NCBI GenBank assembly: GCA_048937405.1
Contig: JBHLNF010000007.1
Location: 96,001-160,000 of the forward strand
Source: Promethearchaeota archaeon
Lineage (GTDB): Archaea > Asgardarchaeota > Lokiarchaeia > Sigyniarchaeales > SOKP01
Direction of reading: 5' to 3'
Length of the DNA stretch: 64,000 nucleotides
Each line of letters opens with the position of its first letter. Positions within the stretch are counted from its first letter, which is position 1. Shown piece after piece: positions 9,955-19,741 of the stretch. The notes below the pieces were generated by a model that worked only from the letters and a program-made list of their open reading frames with translations, did no database searches and was not told where the DNA came from. The translations under genes were made by a program, and so were the position numbers.

Positions 9955-11157
9955 TTATTTTCTTTTTTTTGATTTTTTTTTACTCCTTACTGATTGTCCT
10001 TTTTTAGGGGGATTTGGATATTTTTTTTCAAGTTCTCTTATTTTGTCCTCAATTTCTTTTGAAAAAACATCTGCTATGTATTCTCCAGAAAAAAAATCCA
10101 CTTTTGCTGAAAGTGCAATTTTTCCTGCCACAATACGCGCAATCTTGCCCCGAATCCAAATTTTAGCCGACCTAATTTGATTCCATTGAAATATCAATCC
10201 ATGTTTCGGTCTTTTTTCACCAGTTTTAAGGAATCTATATAATGCTTTTTCAGCTCCTAATAATTGAATTCTTGACGCTGGCATATATGCCAATTTCTGC
10301 AATCCTCCTGCTTTAGCTATTAATTTAGCCCCGATCAAAGAACCAATGAGAAAATTGACGTTTGGAGCTGTATTCTCCATTAATTCTTCTAAATAATTCT
10401 CTAATTGCTGACGATAAGTATCTAGAGAAATTATTTGTTCTGCGTAGCTCTGTAGAATGTTTAAATCAATATCTGCTCCCATCGATTCTATAGCATATTG
10501 TTCCAATCTTTTAACTTTACCTTCATCGAAATCAAAGATTTCTTCAATATTTTTAGAAGTATAATTTTTTCTAGGACCTATTTTTGAAACCATTTCTGCT
10601 AAAATGATATTATCATCAATTATTTTATCAGTTAATTCTGGGAAATGTAAACCATACCATTCCCTAAGATGACTTGAAAATAAACTAATTGATTTTTTAA
10701 TAACATCTAAAACAGTGATAATTTGAGTAATAATATTATCAGAATGTCCGCTTACCTGACTAACTTTTATCCTTGTTAATTCTTCACTAACTATTTTATA
10801 TTGATTAAGAATTTCTTCCCTTGTTTTACTAATTCCAATTTTTTTTAGATTTTCTTCTAAATTTAAGCGGAATTCTTTAAGTTCCATTGATTTAGGCTCA
10901 AGAATGGTCTTAATTTCAAACTTTTTTGAAGATAATGATTCCAATTTTGCATTATCAAATATAAATTCATTAAAACCTGAATTTTTTAATTCTAATATAA
11001 AATTATCAAATGCATTCTGAATTACATCGTTTTCTAATGCACTATAAAATTCAACAATTTTCACATGGTCATCATCAAAATCAATAAAATCTAAGATATT
11101 TCCAGTTTCATCAAATGCAAAAATTCCAATTAACGTATCTGCTATGAAAGACTTCAT
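9955..11157 (-). CDS. nop5: C/D box RNP protein Nop5 (Nop56/58)
   Basis: REWYGLHFPEL, PASRIQLLGAEKAL, PKHGLIF. Confidence 0.96.
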   Translation of the reverse strand: MKSFIADTLIGIFAFDETGNILDFIDFDDDHVKIVEFYSALENDVIQNAFDNFILELKNSGFNEFIFDNAKLESLSSKKFEIKTILEPKSMELKEFRLNLEENLKKIGISKTREEILNQYKIVSEELTRIKVSQVSGHSDNIITQIITVLDVIKKSISLFSSHLREWYGLHFPELTDKIIDDNIILAEMVSKIGPRKNYTSKNIEEIFDFDEGKVKRLEQYAIESMGADIDLNILQSYAEQIISLDTYRQQLENYLEELMENTAPNVNFLIGSLIGAKLIAKAGGLQKLAYMPASRIQLLGAEKALYRFLKTGEKRPKHGLIFQWNQIRSAKIWIRGKIARIVAGKIALSAKVDFFSGEYIADVFSKEIEDKIRELEKKYPNPPKKGQSVRSKKKSKKRK

Positions 11158-11236
11158 TTTGAAAGGGTAATTTCTTGTTTATTTTTCCTTCATTAATAAT
11201 TATTATAAAACTATAATCATTATTGTCTTTTAAAAA

Positions 11237-12163
11237 ATGCTAGAAGTAAATCTATCTGGGTTAAAATTAAAATCTCCTATTATTTTAGCCTCGGGAATTT
11301 TAGGAGTGTCTTTTTCTTCGATGAAAAGGGTGTTTGATGCTGGAGCTGGTGCAGTTACTACTAAATCCATTGGACCAAAACCAAGAAAGGGTTATAAAAA
11401 TCCATCTATAATTGAAATATATCCCGGAACTTTTATGAATAGCGTAGGTCTAGGTAATCCTGGTATCAATGAATTTATCTCAGAAATAAAAGAAATGAAA
11501 AAATTTGACATTCCACTAATCGTGAGTGTCTTTGGAAATACTAATGACGTTTATCTTGATGTAGCAGTTAAAGCAGAAAACGCAGGAGCTGATGCTATTG
11601 AAATTAATATTTCTTGTCCGCATGCAGAAGTATCTTCTATAGGGATTGATAAAGGATTAACTTTTGAAATTGTACAATTTTTAAAAAAAAAGCTTAAAGT
11701 TCCTCTTTTTGTCAAGTTAAACCCAAATGTGACAAATTTAGTAGAAATTGCTTTAGCAGCAGAAAAAGGAGGTGCTGATGGGGTAGTTGCTATAAATACC
11801 TTGTCAGCTTTGAAAATTGATATAAATACGAAAAGACCAATCCTATCACATGGAAGTGGAGGTCTTTCTGGCAAATCAATTCATCCCGTTGCTATAAAAA
11901 AAGTATATGACTTATATAAAGTCTTAAAAATTCCAATTATTGGATGTGGCGGTATAGATTCTTGGCAAGATGTAATAGAATTCTTTTTAGCTGGCGCCTC
12001 TGCAGTGCAAATCGGTACAGCGTTATATAAAACAACTGATATTATTTCTGAGATTAATAGCGGTATTTCTCAATATCTTAAAGATAATAATTATAAATCT
12101 ATTAATGATTTAAAAGGATTAGCTCATCAGTTTAAAACTCAGGAGGTACCAGATTTTGACTGA
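11237..12163 (+). CDS. pyrD: dihydroorotate dehydrogenase (family 1B) catalytic subunit
   Basis: NSVGLGNPG, EINISCPH, VKLNPN, INTL, GGLSG, GASAVQIGT. Confidence 0.96.
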   Translation: MLEVNLSGLKLKSPIILASGILGVSFSSMKRVFDAGAGAVTTKSIGPKPRKGYKNPSIIEIYPGTFMNSVGLGNPGINEFISEIKEMKKFDIPLIVSVFGNTNDVYLDVAVKAENAGADAIEINISCPHAEVSSIGIDKGLTFEIVQFLKKKLKVPLFVKLNPNVTNLVEIALAAEKGGADGVVAINTLSALKIDINTKRPILSHGSGGLSGKSIHPVAIKKVYDLYKVLKIPIIGCGGIDSWQDVIEFFLAGASAVQIGTALYKTTDIISEINSGISQYLKDNNYKSINDLKGLAHQFKTQEVPDFD

Positions 12164-13010
12164 AAATACAATTAAGACAGTGAAAGTCCGAAACATTATT
12201 GAGGAATGCAAGGATGTAAAAACCCTTGTTTTTAATATGAAAATTAGAAAAAGTGAAAAATATATTACTCCTAAACCTGGACAATTTGTTATGGTATGGA
12301 TACCTGGCATAGATGAGGTACCTATGTCCCTATCTGGATGTGATAGTAATGGAAATTGGTCAATCACAGTTAAAAATGTAGGAGAATGTACAAATGCCAT
12401 GCATAATCTTAATATTGGAGATTATATTGGCATAAGAGGCCCATTAGGCAATCATTTTAAACTAAAAAATCATAATTTAAAAGAAATCTTCTTAATTGGG
12501 GGTGGAATTGGGATGGCTCCATTAAAATACCTCTCTACCCAACTTACTCAGATGAATATTAAACATAGAATTATAGAAGGAGTAAAAAATGAAGATGATA
12601 TTATGTTTAATAACTATTTTCAAGAAGCTATAAGGAATCATTCTGAAATTCACTATTGTACTGATGATGGAAGTTATGGAATAAAAGGTGTTGCTTCTGA
12701 TGTTTTTAAAGAACTGATAAGTAAATCTAATAAAAAAAAACTGTCTAATCTAGTAGTTTATTCCTGTGGTCCAGAAGTTATGCTATTTAAATTATTTCAA
12801 ATATGTCAAGAACAAAAAATTGAGTTTTATGCGAGTCTTGAAAGAATAATGAGATGTGGGTGTGGATTATGTGGTTTATGCGCATTAGATCCATTAGGAT
12901 TACTTGTTTGTAAAGATGGTCCTATATTTAATTCAAAACAATTAGAAAAAATTAAAGACTTCGGAAAATATCAGCGTGATTTTACAGGAAAAAAAATTTT
13001 AGTTAATTGA
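12156..13010 (+). CDS. pyrK: dihydroorotate dehydrogenase electron-transfer subunit
   Basis: PGQFVMVW, RGPLG, GGGIGMAP, CGPEVM, MRCGCGLCGLC...CKDGP. Confidence 0.95.
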   Translation: MTENTIKTVKVRNIIEECKDVKTLVFNMKIRKSEKYITPKPGQFVMVWIPGIDEVPMSLSGCDSNGNWSITVKNVGECTNAMHNLNIGDYIGIRGPLGNHFKLKNHNLKEIFLIGGGIGMAPLKYLSTQLTQMNIKHRIIEGVKNEDDIMFNNYFQEAIRNHSEIHYCTDDGSYGIKGVASDVFKELISKSNKKKLSNLVVYSCGPEVMLFKLFQICQEQKIEFYASLERIMRCGCGLCGLCALDPLGLLVCKDGPIFNSKQLEKIKDFGKYQRDFTGKKILVN

Positions 13011-13252
13011 TTTAATTTTATTGTTTTTCTCTTTTTGATTTTTTTTTAAATATATTAGATTTCGTGAATATCCTCTCTAATTCTGATATCTCTTTTTTCT
13101 AATTTTTTTCTAAAAGAACAAAATCAAATCTAATCAAAGCTTACCAAAAAATCACATCTTACAGAATATTAATAATTTAAACATTAATTTTATAATATTA
13201 ATAAATTAAATAAAATTGATAGAAATTATAATAGAGTTTAATAAATAATTCC

Positions 13253-13822
13253 ATGTGCTTCTATATTACATCAACGCTTCCAAAAAAGGTTAAATTAGAA
13301 GATTTAGAAGAAGTTTTTAAAAAATATAATATGGCTTTTAAATCGATAAAGAATGTATCAATTCAAGATCAATTAAGACCAGAGGAACTTTATTTTAGAG
13401 CAACTAATGCATATTGTGATTGTAATACTATATTGGGTGCCCTAAACACTTCTGAAGAATATAAAAAATTGCTAGATTCTGAAAAGATAAGGAGTTTAAA
13501 AAAGAAAAAGTGGACATCGGAACAAATTGATATCTGGATCCATGAAAAAATTAAAGGGAAAAACCCAAAATTTGAGAAACTTACTGAGATCGAAAAAGAA
13601 AATGAAATAAAAAGATGGAAAGACTTTATTCAAGAGATATTAGCATCAAAAAAGGTTAAGAGAATTGGAATTTTAAAGCACTGGTATAATTCAAGTCTTT
13701 CTGAGGAAAAATTTAAAATTAGAGAATTTAAACAAATACAAATAGACCGATTAAATAAAAATTTACTTTTAAATTTAGAAGAAGATATTCTTTATGAGTT
13801 TATCCCACTTTACAAATATTAA
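13253..13822 (+). CDS. hypothetical protein
   Basis: 189-aa ORF with MC...YCDC...HWY; family not recognised. Confidence 0.65.
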   Translation: MCFYITSTLPKKVKLEDLEEVFKKYNMAFKSIKNVSIQDQLRPEELYFRATNAYCDCNTILGALNTSEEYKKLLDSEKIRSLKKKKWTSEQIDIWIHEKIKGKNPKFEKLTEIEKENEIKRWKDFIQEILASKKVKRIGILKHWYNSSLSEEKFKIREFKQIQIDRLNKNLLLNLEEDILYEFIPLYKY

Positions 13823-13986
13823 TGATATATAATCGTATTTAGACCATTTTTTCAAGAGTAATAATTTATTGAATAATAATCTTTTAAACAATTATTAAAA
13901 GCTTTTTTCATTTTATAGACTGAGGAATAACGATTTTCAGGTTTATAGGTCACAGTTTTTCGAAAGAATTAATTAAAACAATCTAA

Positions 13987-14127
13987 CGCGGTTTATGAGC
14001 ATTAGATCAATTATAATTGCTGGACTATAAGGATGGACAGATTTTTAATCTGGAAACTCTCAAAGAAATTCAGGATTTTGGGAAGTATAAAAGAGATTTT
14101 ACTGGTAAAAAGATATCATTAGAATAG
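13987..14127 (+). pseudogene. decayed duplicate of the pyrK 3' end
   Basis: Translates RGL*ALDQL*LLDYKDGQIFNLETLKEIQDFGKYKRDFTGKKISLE*, versus PyrK CGLCALDPLGLLVCKDGPIFNSKQLEKIKDFGKYQRDFTGKKILVN*. Confidence 0.88.
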
Positions 14128-14130
14128 TTT

Positions 14131-15414
14131 TTAAGTCTTTTTTGTTGGTCGAAGCCCTAAAATAGCTTCGCTTATTTTATTACCAATCTTAACAATTCCT
14201 AGCATATTAAGCAAGATATCAAAGAATAAATAAGGTTTCACAGGATTTTCATCATTTTTTAGAATCTCAGCTAATTTGGAATGAAACTCAAAGCTTAATG
14301 CCTCAACCTTCTTGTATTGGTCCTCAGATATAAACTGATAGTATATCAAGTTCTTCTCGAGTGCCTCCATAAGTACACTAATTATCTCTATCATTGGTAA
14401 TTCTTCCATAGATACAGATGTCAGGAGATGACTCTCTGTCGCTTCTAAATAACTATTAATGTAGTCTGAAATCATCTTAAGTTTTTTATATTCATAAGAG
14501 AATTTAGGTATATTTGCCAGAAGAGGTTCCCAATTATTCTCTCTTATTGCCTTTTCTAAATCAAATTCCTTTTTTTCCAATAGCAAATCAAAATCTTTAC
14601 TTAGCTTATAATATTTTCTCTTGATATTGCCAGGTTGTACCTCATCTTCTTTTGTGTATGATTGAATTAATCCCAATCGAATTAAATCTCTTGTGCAACG
14701 AGAAAGTTGTGCTTTACTTTTACCTGTATGATAAGACATTTCTTTAAGGCTTAATTCCTTATAAATTTTCAGTAATATGAATATTCTGAAGTCTAATTCA
14801 TTCCGAAAAACATCTACAAACTGCCTTTTAGGATATACCCTTTTAATTATTTTCGCAAAATTATTAAAAAGATCTACTATTTCTTTTTCTTTTTCTGAAG
14901 ATATTTCTATCGCTCCGATTAGATTTCTTGTGGAGGCTAACTTATTACCATGTTCGATAGAGACCTCTCTCTCATCTTGAAGATCTGCTTTAGTTCCAAT
15001 CATTAGAATCGGAATACTCACATTTCTTTTGGTTTTTTTAAATAATTTTAGCCACCATTCTAAATCGGCTAGACTAGATTTATCGGTTATATCATAAACA
15101 AATATAGCCCCCGCAGCACCTACAGTAAAAGGTTCAAAATAAGGTTGTGGTTTTTTTAATTTACCTTCCCTTTTTGTTTTTGTTAATTTAAGATCCTTAA
15201 ATTTTTCTGTACCTGTGAGTTCCCAAACATGCAATATTAAGTCTATATCATCTATTTTTAATGTCTTCTGATAGAATGTTACTCCTAAAGTTAATTTTGG
15301 GGGAGCACCTAAACTTTTATTATCAGCTTCTTTAAAATATTTACTTAATAATGTGGATTTTCCCACTCCACTTTCTCCAAAAACACATATTTTATAGATT
15401 TGTGGTTTTTTCAT
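14131..15414 (-). CDS. Rab/Ras-like small GTPase domain fused to a winged-HTH domain
   Basis: G1 GESGVGKS, G2 TLGV, G3 WELTG, FVYDIT, G4 TKAD; then LSLKEMSYHTGKSKAQLSRCTRDLIRLGLI...RKYYKLS. Confidence 0.85.
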   Translation of the reverse strand: MKKPQIYKICVFGESGVGKSTLLSKYFKEADNKSLGAPPKLTLGVTFYQKTLKIDDIDLILHVWELTGTEKFKDLKLTKTKREGKLKKPQPYFEPFTVGAAGAIFVYDITDKSSLADLEWWLKLFKKTKRNVSIPILMIGTKADLQDEREVSIEHGNKLASTRNLIGAIEISSEKEKEIVDLFNNFAKIIKRVYPKRQFVDVFRNELDFRIFILLKIYKELSLKEMSYHTGKSKAQLSRCTRDLIRLGLIQSYTKEDEVQPGNIKRKYYKLSKDFDLLLEKKEFDLEKAIRENNWEPLLANIPKFSYEYKKLKMISDYINSYLEATESHLLTSVSMEELPMIEIISVLMEALEKNLIYYQFISEDQYKKVEALSFEFHSKLAEILKNDENPVKPYLFFDILLNMLGIVKIGNKISEAILGLRPTKKT

Positions 15415-15454
15415 TTTTTTATTACCATTTTATTTTTATTTAATTTCATAAAAA

Positions 15455-15489
15455 ATGTAACGTTTCATATATATAAATATTATGCAACG
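15455..15489. promoter_or_regulatory. candidate operator upstream of the GTPase-wHTH gene
   Basis: Near-palindrome ATGTAACGTTTCAT (15455-15468) and related ATGCAACG (15482-15489) flank a TATA-like stretch. Confidence 0.35.
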
Positions 15490-15545
15490 CTGGAAATCAT
15501 CCCTAATCATTACAAAATCAACTTTAAAAATTTTTAAAAATCTTT

Positions 15546-15638
15546 AAAGATGACCCGATTTTCGATTTGGAATCGCTAAAAAAGATTCAAGATTTCGGAA
15601 AATCTCAAAGAGAATTCACAGGTAAAAAAATAAAAATT
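15546..15638 (+). pseudogene. second decayed duplicate of the pyrK 3' end
   Basis: Translates KDDPIFDLESLKKIQDFGKSQREFTGKKIKI. Confidence 0.85.
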
Positions 15639-15642
15639 TGCT

Positions 15643-17049
15643 TTATTGACTGAGGATACTACCTACATCGTTAATTAATTTTTTATAAAATTGATCTTCT
15701 TCCATCTCATGTTTTAATATTCCTTGTACTCTTCGAATCCGCATCTTTAATCCCGGACTTAAGTCTGTTTCTCTTAAATATATTGCTAAATATGGTTTCT
15801 TTTCATTCATAGCAAGATGAATTTCATCTTGAGTATTATCCGATTCCATCACATAAGGAGATATAAATGAAAGAAATAAACTGCATCCTAATAATTTTTC
15901 TGCAATAGTATTACACCAATCTGTACTTAAGGGAATTCCTTCATCATACCATATTCGAAAACCTTTATTATCTAATTTTTGTAGAATGGGGTATACCTCC
16001 GCTTTATCTTTATGAGTATAACTTACGAAAATAAATTTTTTATCTCCCATATATGCTGAGAAAGGAGGTTCAACTGATAATTCTGCTGTGGTTTGCTTTA
16101 AATTGCTTTTAAGATAAGTTTCCAAATCCTTTTCGTTTTTGGGTAGACTTGGATCATTAAGATCACCAAATTTCTTTAAAATTTTTTGAACATGCTTAGG
16201 ATTGTTCATTATTTTAGAAATAACATCATAATTATCTAATATTAATTTTGTTGGCTTTCCAGATTCTGCTCTTTCTTTTGGGATTTTTACAATTAAGCTT
16301 ACAACCTTTTTTGTTACCCAATTCTCAACACCTGTTTCTTCATTAAACAAATCTTTTGTCGTTTTACCGGCATATTCACCCCCCCACTCTAAAGTAACCA
16401 GCTCATCATTAATAAATATTTTATAATCACCTTCTAGCATAATAGCTGGATCTTCTTTGAACAAACTTTGAGTAGCTACAAGATCTATTCTTTTTTGGAT
16501 TGATTTAAAAAATTCTTTACTAACTTTGAACGGTAAATTATCTGATGTAATGATTTTTTTTCCTATTAGCATGAGATAAATTGCCGTCTGGTGCAAACAT
16601 AATCCTTTTTTTTTTCCAATAATACAAGAACAGCTTCTTTTTACAGCACCGTCGACAATTTGAAGGGAAGCTTTTTGAGATCCATATTTACTTGAAAACC
16701 AGACGTTATATCCTTTTCCACCACCTATAATAACAGCATTTTGAATTTTTTCGACCTTATGCTCTCCGCTAATTAGTGATACTGCATTTAATAATAATTG
16801 TTCTGCAAAATCCTTTTCAAAATCTTTGTATAATCTCTTTTTTTCATTATCTTCTAGTGAGGAGTCGAGAAAAGTCACTAATTCCTCCTTTTTAAGGTTT
16901 GAATATCCTTTCAAATTCTTTTCTTTGCTAATAGCGCCTTGATTATATCCCTTTATTATCTCCTTAATTTTTGGAATGGTTAGTGATTTCAAAAATGTCT
17001 CAAATGTGAAAGGCTCTAATCCTTTTACTTTTGGTTTCTTTTTTCCCAT
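15643..17049 (-). CDS. SWIM-type zinc finger plus C-terminal TIR domain protein
   Basis: CSC...LCLH (SWIM-like); TIR box IFVSYTHKD...FRIWYDEGI..., TQDEIHLA. Confidence 0.8.
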   Translation of the reverse strand: MGKKKPKVKGLEPFTFETFLKSLTIPKIKEIIKGYNQGAISKEKNLKGYSNLKKEELVTFLDSSLEDNEKKRLYKDFEKDFAEQLLLNAVSLISGEHKVEKIQNAVIIGGGKGYNVWFSSKYGSQKASLQIVDGAVKRSCSCIIGKKKGLCLHQTAIYLMLIGKKIITSDNLPFKVSKEFFKSIQKRIDLVATQSLFKEDPAIMLEGDYKIFINDELVTLEWGGEYAGKTTKDLFNEETGVENWVTKKVVSLIVKIPKERAESGKPTKLILDNYDVISKIMNNPKHVQKILKKFGDLNDPSLPKNEKDLETYLKSNLKQTTAELSVEPPFSAYMGDKKFIFVSYTHKDKAEVYPILQKLDNKGFRIWYDEGIPLSTDWCNTIAEKLLGCSLFLSFISPYVMESDNTQDEIHLAMNEKKPYLAIYLRETDLSPGLKMRIRRVQGILKHEMEEDQFYKKLINDVGSILSQ

Positions 17050-17181
17050 ATTTTATCAAATTCATTTTCCATAAAAAGTATTCCTATTGACTATTAAAGA
17101 ATATTTTTTAGATAAAAATTAAAATAATTTGCCCTATCTCATATTGGAATCTTTTTAATTAGAGACTAATTACTTTATATC

Positions 17182-17240
17182 TCAGAAGTCCTTAGTAATT
17201 TGGAAGATTTTAGAAAATATTAACATAAATTTCATAAAGA
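17182..17240 (+). pseudogene. possible third, heavily decayed pyrK 3'-end remnant
   Basis: SEVLSNLEDFRKY*HKF versus SKQLEKIKDFGKYQRDF. Confidence 0.35.
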
Positions 17241-17370
17241 AGGCAATATAAAATCGATTTTGATATCAAAAAGTAAAATTATGAACTTTAATTAATTGAG
17301 TTGTTTCTTGGATATTTAGAATTCTTTTTAAGATTTAAAAAAGATAAAAATTTTTTAAAGTGTTTTTTAG

Positions 17371-18246
17371 CTATACTATTTCGCTATAAAGGGGAGATCC
17401 GGCTTTCATATAACGATTCATTTGACGTAGAGAGGCAACTTCTTTGCCCCCTTCTTTTTCTTTTAAAATAGCATCGTACCAGTAATATTCTGTCTTTCGA
17501 CTAACACCCGCACATATTACTTTTCCAGTTGCTTCATAAGGAATCCCAACCATTACTGGTCCATTAATATTTTGAATTTCAGTAGCCCCATAAAATGGTA
17601 CACCTTGGGTCCTCGCAATGTCTAAGATATTTGAGTTTAGAGACATCGTCCAAAATATAGCTGTCGGTGATAGAATTGATTTTCCCCATGGTGAATTTCC
17701 CTTATAGTAATCAAGATGATCAGTTATCGTTTTTAATCCTTCATTAGCATCCTCTTGGAAGATTAAGACATCTTTCATATTAAGATCGTCTCCTACTTTC
17801 ATTCCTGCTAAAATTCGCAGTTCCTCTGGTTTACTATTTTTAAGTTCTATACTTTGAAGGTAAGATAATTCTTTTGGTTCACCAACTGCTGCTGTACCTG
17901 TTGCAACGACTTGTCCGTTTGGCATCTCAACTCGCGCTTCTACTTGAACATCTTTAGACTCCTCAGAAGGCATCTTAATAATCCCTCTTACCTTTTCTTT
18001 ATGAGTTGTAGCAAATGTGTAATACATACTTAATGATCCTCTTTCAAACCATCGCTGCCCAAAAATTTCAAGTAATAACGGAGCGAATAAACTCAAATGG
18101 ATTGTTCCAGGAATTGTCCCACCTCGCATTCCTACTTTTTTTGCAGTAGCATCATCATGAATTGATGTTTTTAAATTGCTCCAAAGGTTTTCTGGGGCTC
18201 TCCAAGCGCCATACATAAATCCATCTTTAATAGTAATTTCAGTCAT
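17371..18246 (-). CDS. double hotdog-fold (MaoC-like) protein
   Basis: SIHDDATAKKVGMRGGTIPG; second unit SPWGKSILSP...GPVMVG. Confidence 0.6.
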   Translation of the reverse strand: MTEITIKDGFMYGAWRAPENLWSNLKTSIHDDATAKKVGMRGGTIPGTIHLSLFAPLLLEIFGQRWFERGSLSMYYTFATTHKEKVRGIIKMPSEESKDVQVEARVEMPNGQVVATGTAAVGEPKELSYLQSIELKNSKPEELRILAGMKVGDDLNMKDVLIFQEDANEGLKTITDHLDYYKGNSPWGKSILSPTAIFWTMSLNSNILDIARTQGVPFYGATEIQNINGPVMVGIPYEATGKVICAGVSRKTEYYWYDAILKEKEGGKEVASLRQMNRYMKAGSPLYSEIV

Positions 18247-18535
18247 TTAAATAACCTAAAAATTATTTACTGCTATAAGAAAATTATGTCTAATCTATTA
18301 AATCTTTTGATTCAAATTATCGAAATAAAGGATAAAAAATATTCTTAAATGATTATTTCCCTAAATTGCGGAAGATAAATAAAAAAAAGTAAAATCTTCT
18401 TTTTATTGGAGTTCTAATACAAATTAGGTTGATATTCTCTCTATTTTTACTTTAACAATTTTCTAGATAAATTCTATCATTATACAAACCAATACTCCTA
18501 ATTGTGGAGAGGAATTAAGAAAAAAATTGTTTTAG

Positions 18536-19567
18536 TCAATCTGGTTTAAGAAGATCATATACTATCTCTGGTTCAAGTGGCTGATATGGTGTCTTCTTGA
18601 AGTGTTCTTTGCATAATTCATAAAGAATTTTATTAAACGGAGCATCCACTCCAAGTAAATTAGCTAATTTTATAAAATAACCATTAAGGGATTCTAGTTC
18701 TGATCGACCTTTTTGACGAATTATCATATCCTGTATCATACTGTTTGGCCCCCTATCTATGAAAAATCTCGAAAATATTTTATCTGCTATTTCGGTGGGT
18801 AAATTTACAGCATCTTGTAACTCTTTCCAAGGTAAAAAACCTGGTAAACTGTATTCATGATACCCAGCAGCTTGAACTATATTGATACCTTCATTCAATG
18901 TAGTGACAATGATCTCTCTCAGAATTGAGATTGAGTTTGGACTAGGATTTTTATGATTGATTAGTGTTAAAATGGAATTTAAAAGGTTGAAAATCATTTT
19001 ACCATGAATAGCATCCTGTATTTTCTCTGAGATTTGAACTTTCGTAGCTTTACTTAATATTTCACACATTTCTTTTAGTTCTTTTTGTAAACTATTGTCA
19101 AGCGTACCAAGAATGAGGTATCCCCGATTTAAGTATCCAAAAATGCCTGGTTCATCCCTCCATGCCGATATCATTATAACACCGTATATAATTTTAGAAA
19201 AATATTTAGGCAACACTTTTTGGTTTTCAGTACCATTTTGTAATGTGATAATGATTGGGTTATCTCCTAATTTCTCATGAATATCTTTCGCAACTTCCTC
19301 CAAGTCATAATTCTTTACAACTATGATTACGACATTAGTTGAAGGCTTTTCGTTTAAATCTTGAATAATTTTCACAGGAATTGGATTTTTCGGGGGATTT
19401 TCTTTTCTGTATAGAATTATTCCTTTATTCATCATAACTTTGGCGTTTTGACCACGTGCCAACAGATAAACTTTATCATAATAAGGTGATAGCCATGCAC
19501 CAATTGAAGCGCCTATTGCACCCGCGCCATATATCACAATCTCATAATCCTTATTCAAATTTGACAT
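18536..19567 (-). CDS. panE: 2-dehydropantoate 2-reductase family protein
   Basis: IYGAGAIG, VVKNYD, TLQNG, KMIFN, SMIQD, ELESLNG. Confidence 0.85.
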   Translation of the reverse strand: MSNLNKDYEIVIYGAGAIGASIGAWLSPYYDKVYLLARGQNAKVMMNKGIILYRKENPPKNPIPVKIIQDLNEKPSTNVVIIVVKNYDLEEVAKDIHEKLGDNPIIITLQNGTENQKVLPKYFSKIIYGVIMISAWRDEPGIFGYLNRGYLILGTLDNSLQKELKEMCEILSKATKVQISEKIQDAIHGKMIFNLLNSILTLINHKNPSPNSISILREIIVTTLNEGINIVQAAGYHEYSLPGFLPWKELQDAVNLPTEIADKIFSRFFIDRGPNSMIQDMIIRQKGRSELESLNGYFIKLANLLGVDAPFNKILYELCKEHFKKTPYQPLEPEIVYDLLKPD

Positions 19568-19741
19568 GTCAAATATAGTTGTACTTTAACTTTAAATTTT
19601 AATAATTATCTAACTGAAAATAAGAAATTAATAGATTAGAAAGAGAAATCATATTATAAAATCTTTATATTAGAACTTAAATCAAAAAGTATAATTTTCA
19701 TGAATGTTTAAATCATTTTAACAAATTGATTAATTTTAAGA

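Noticed and set aside
15135-15200. Basic insertion after switch II of the GTPase as an in-frame intron
   Set aside because: No hairpin or BHB is evident and the length does not match.
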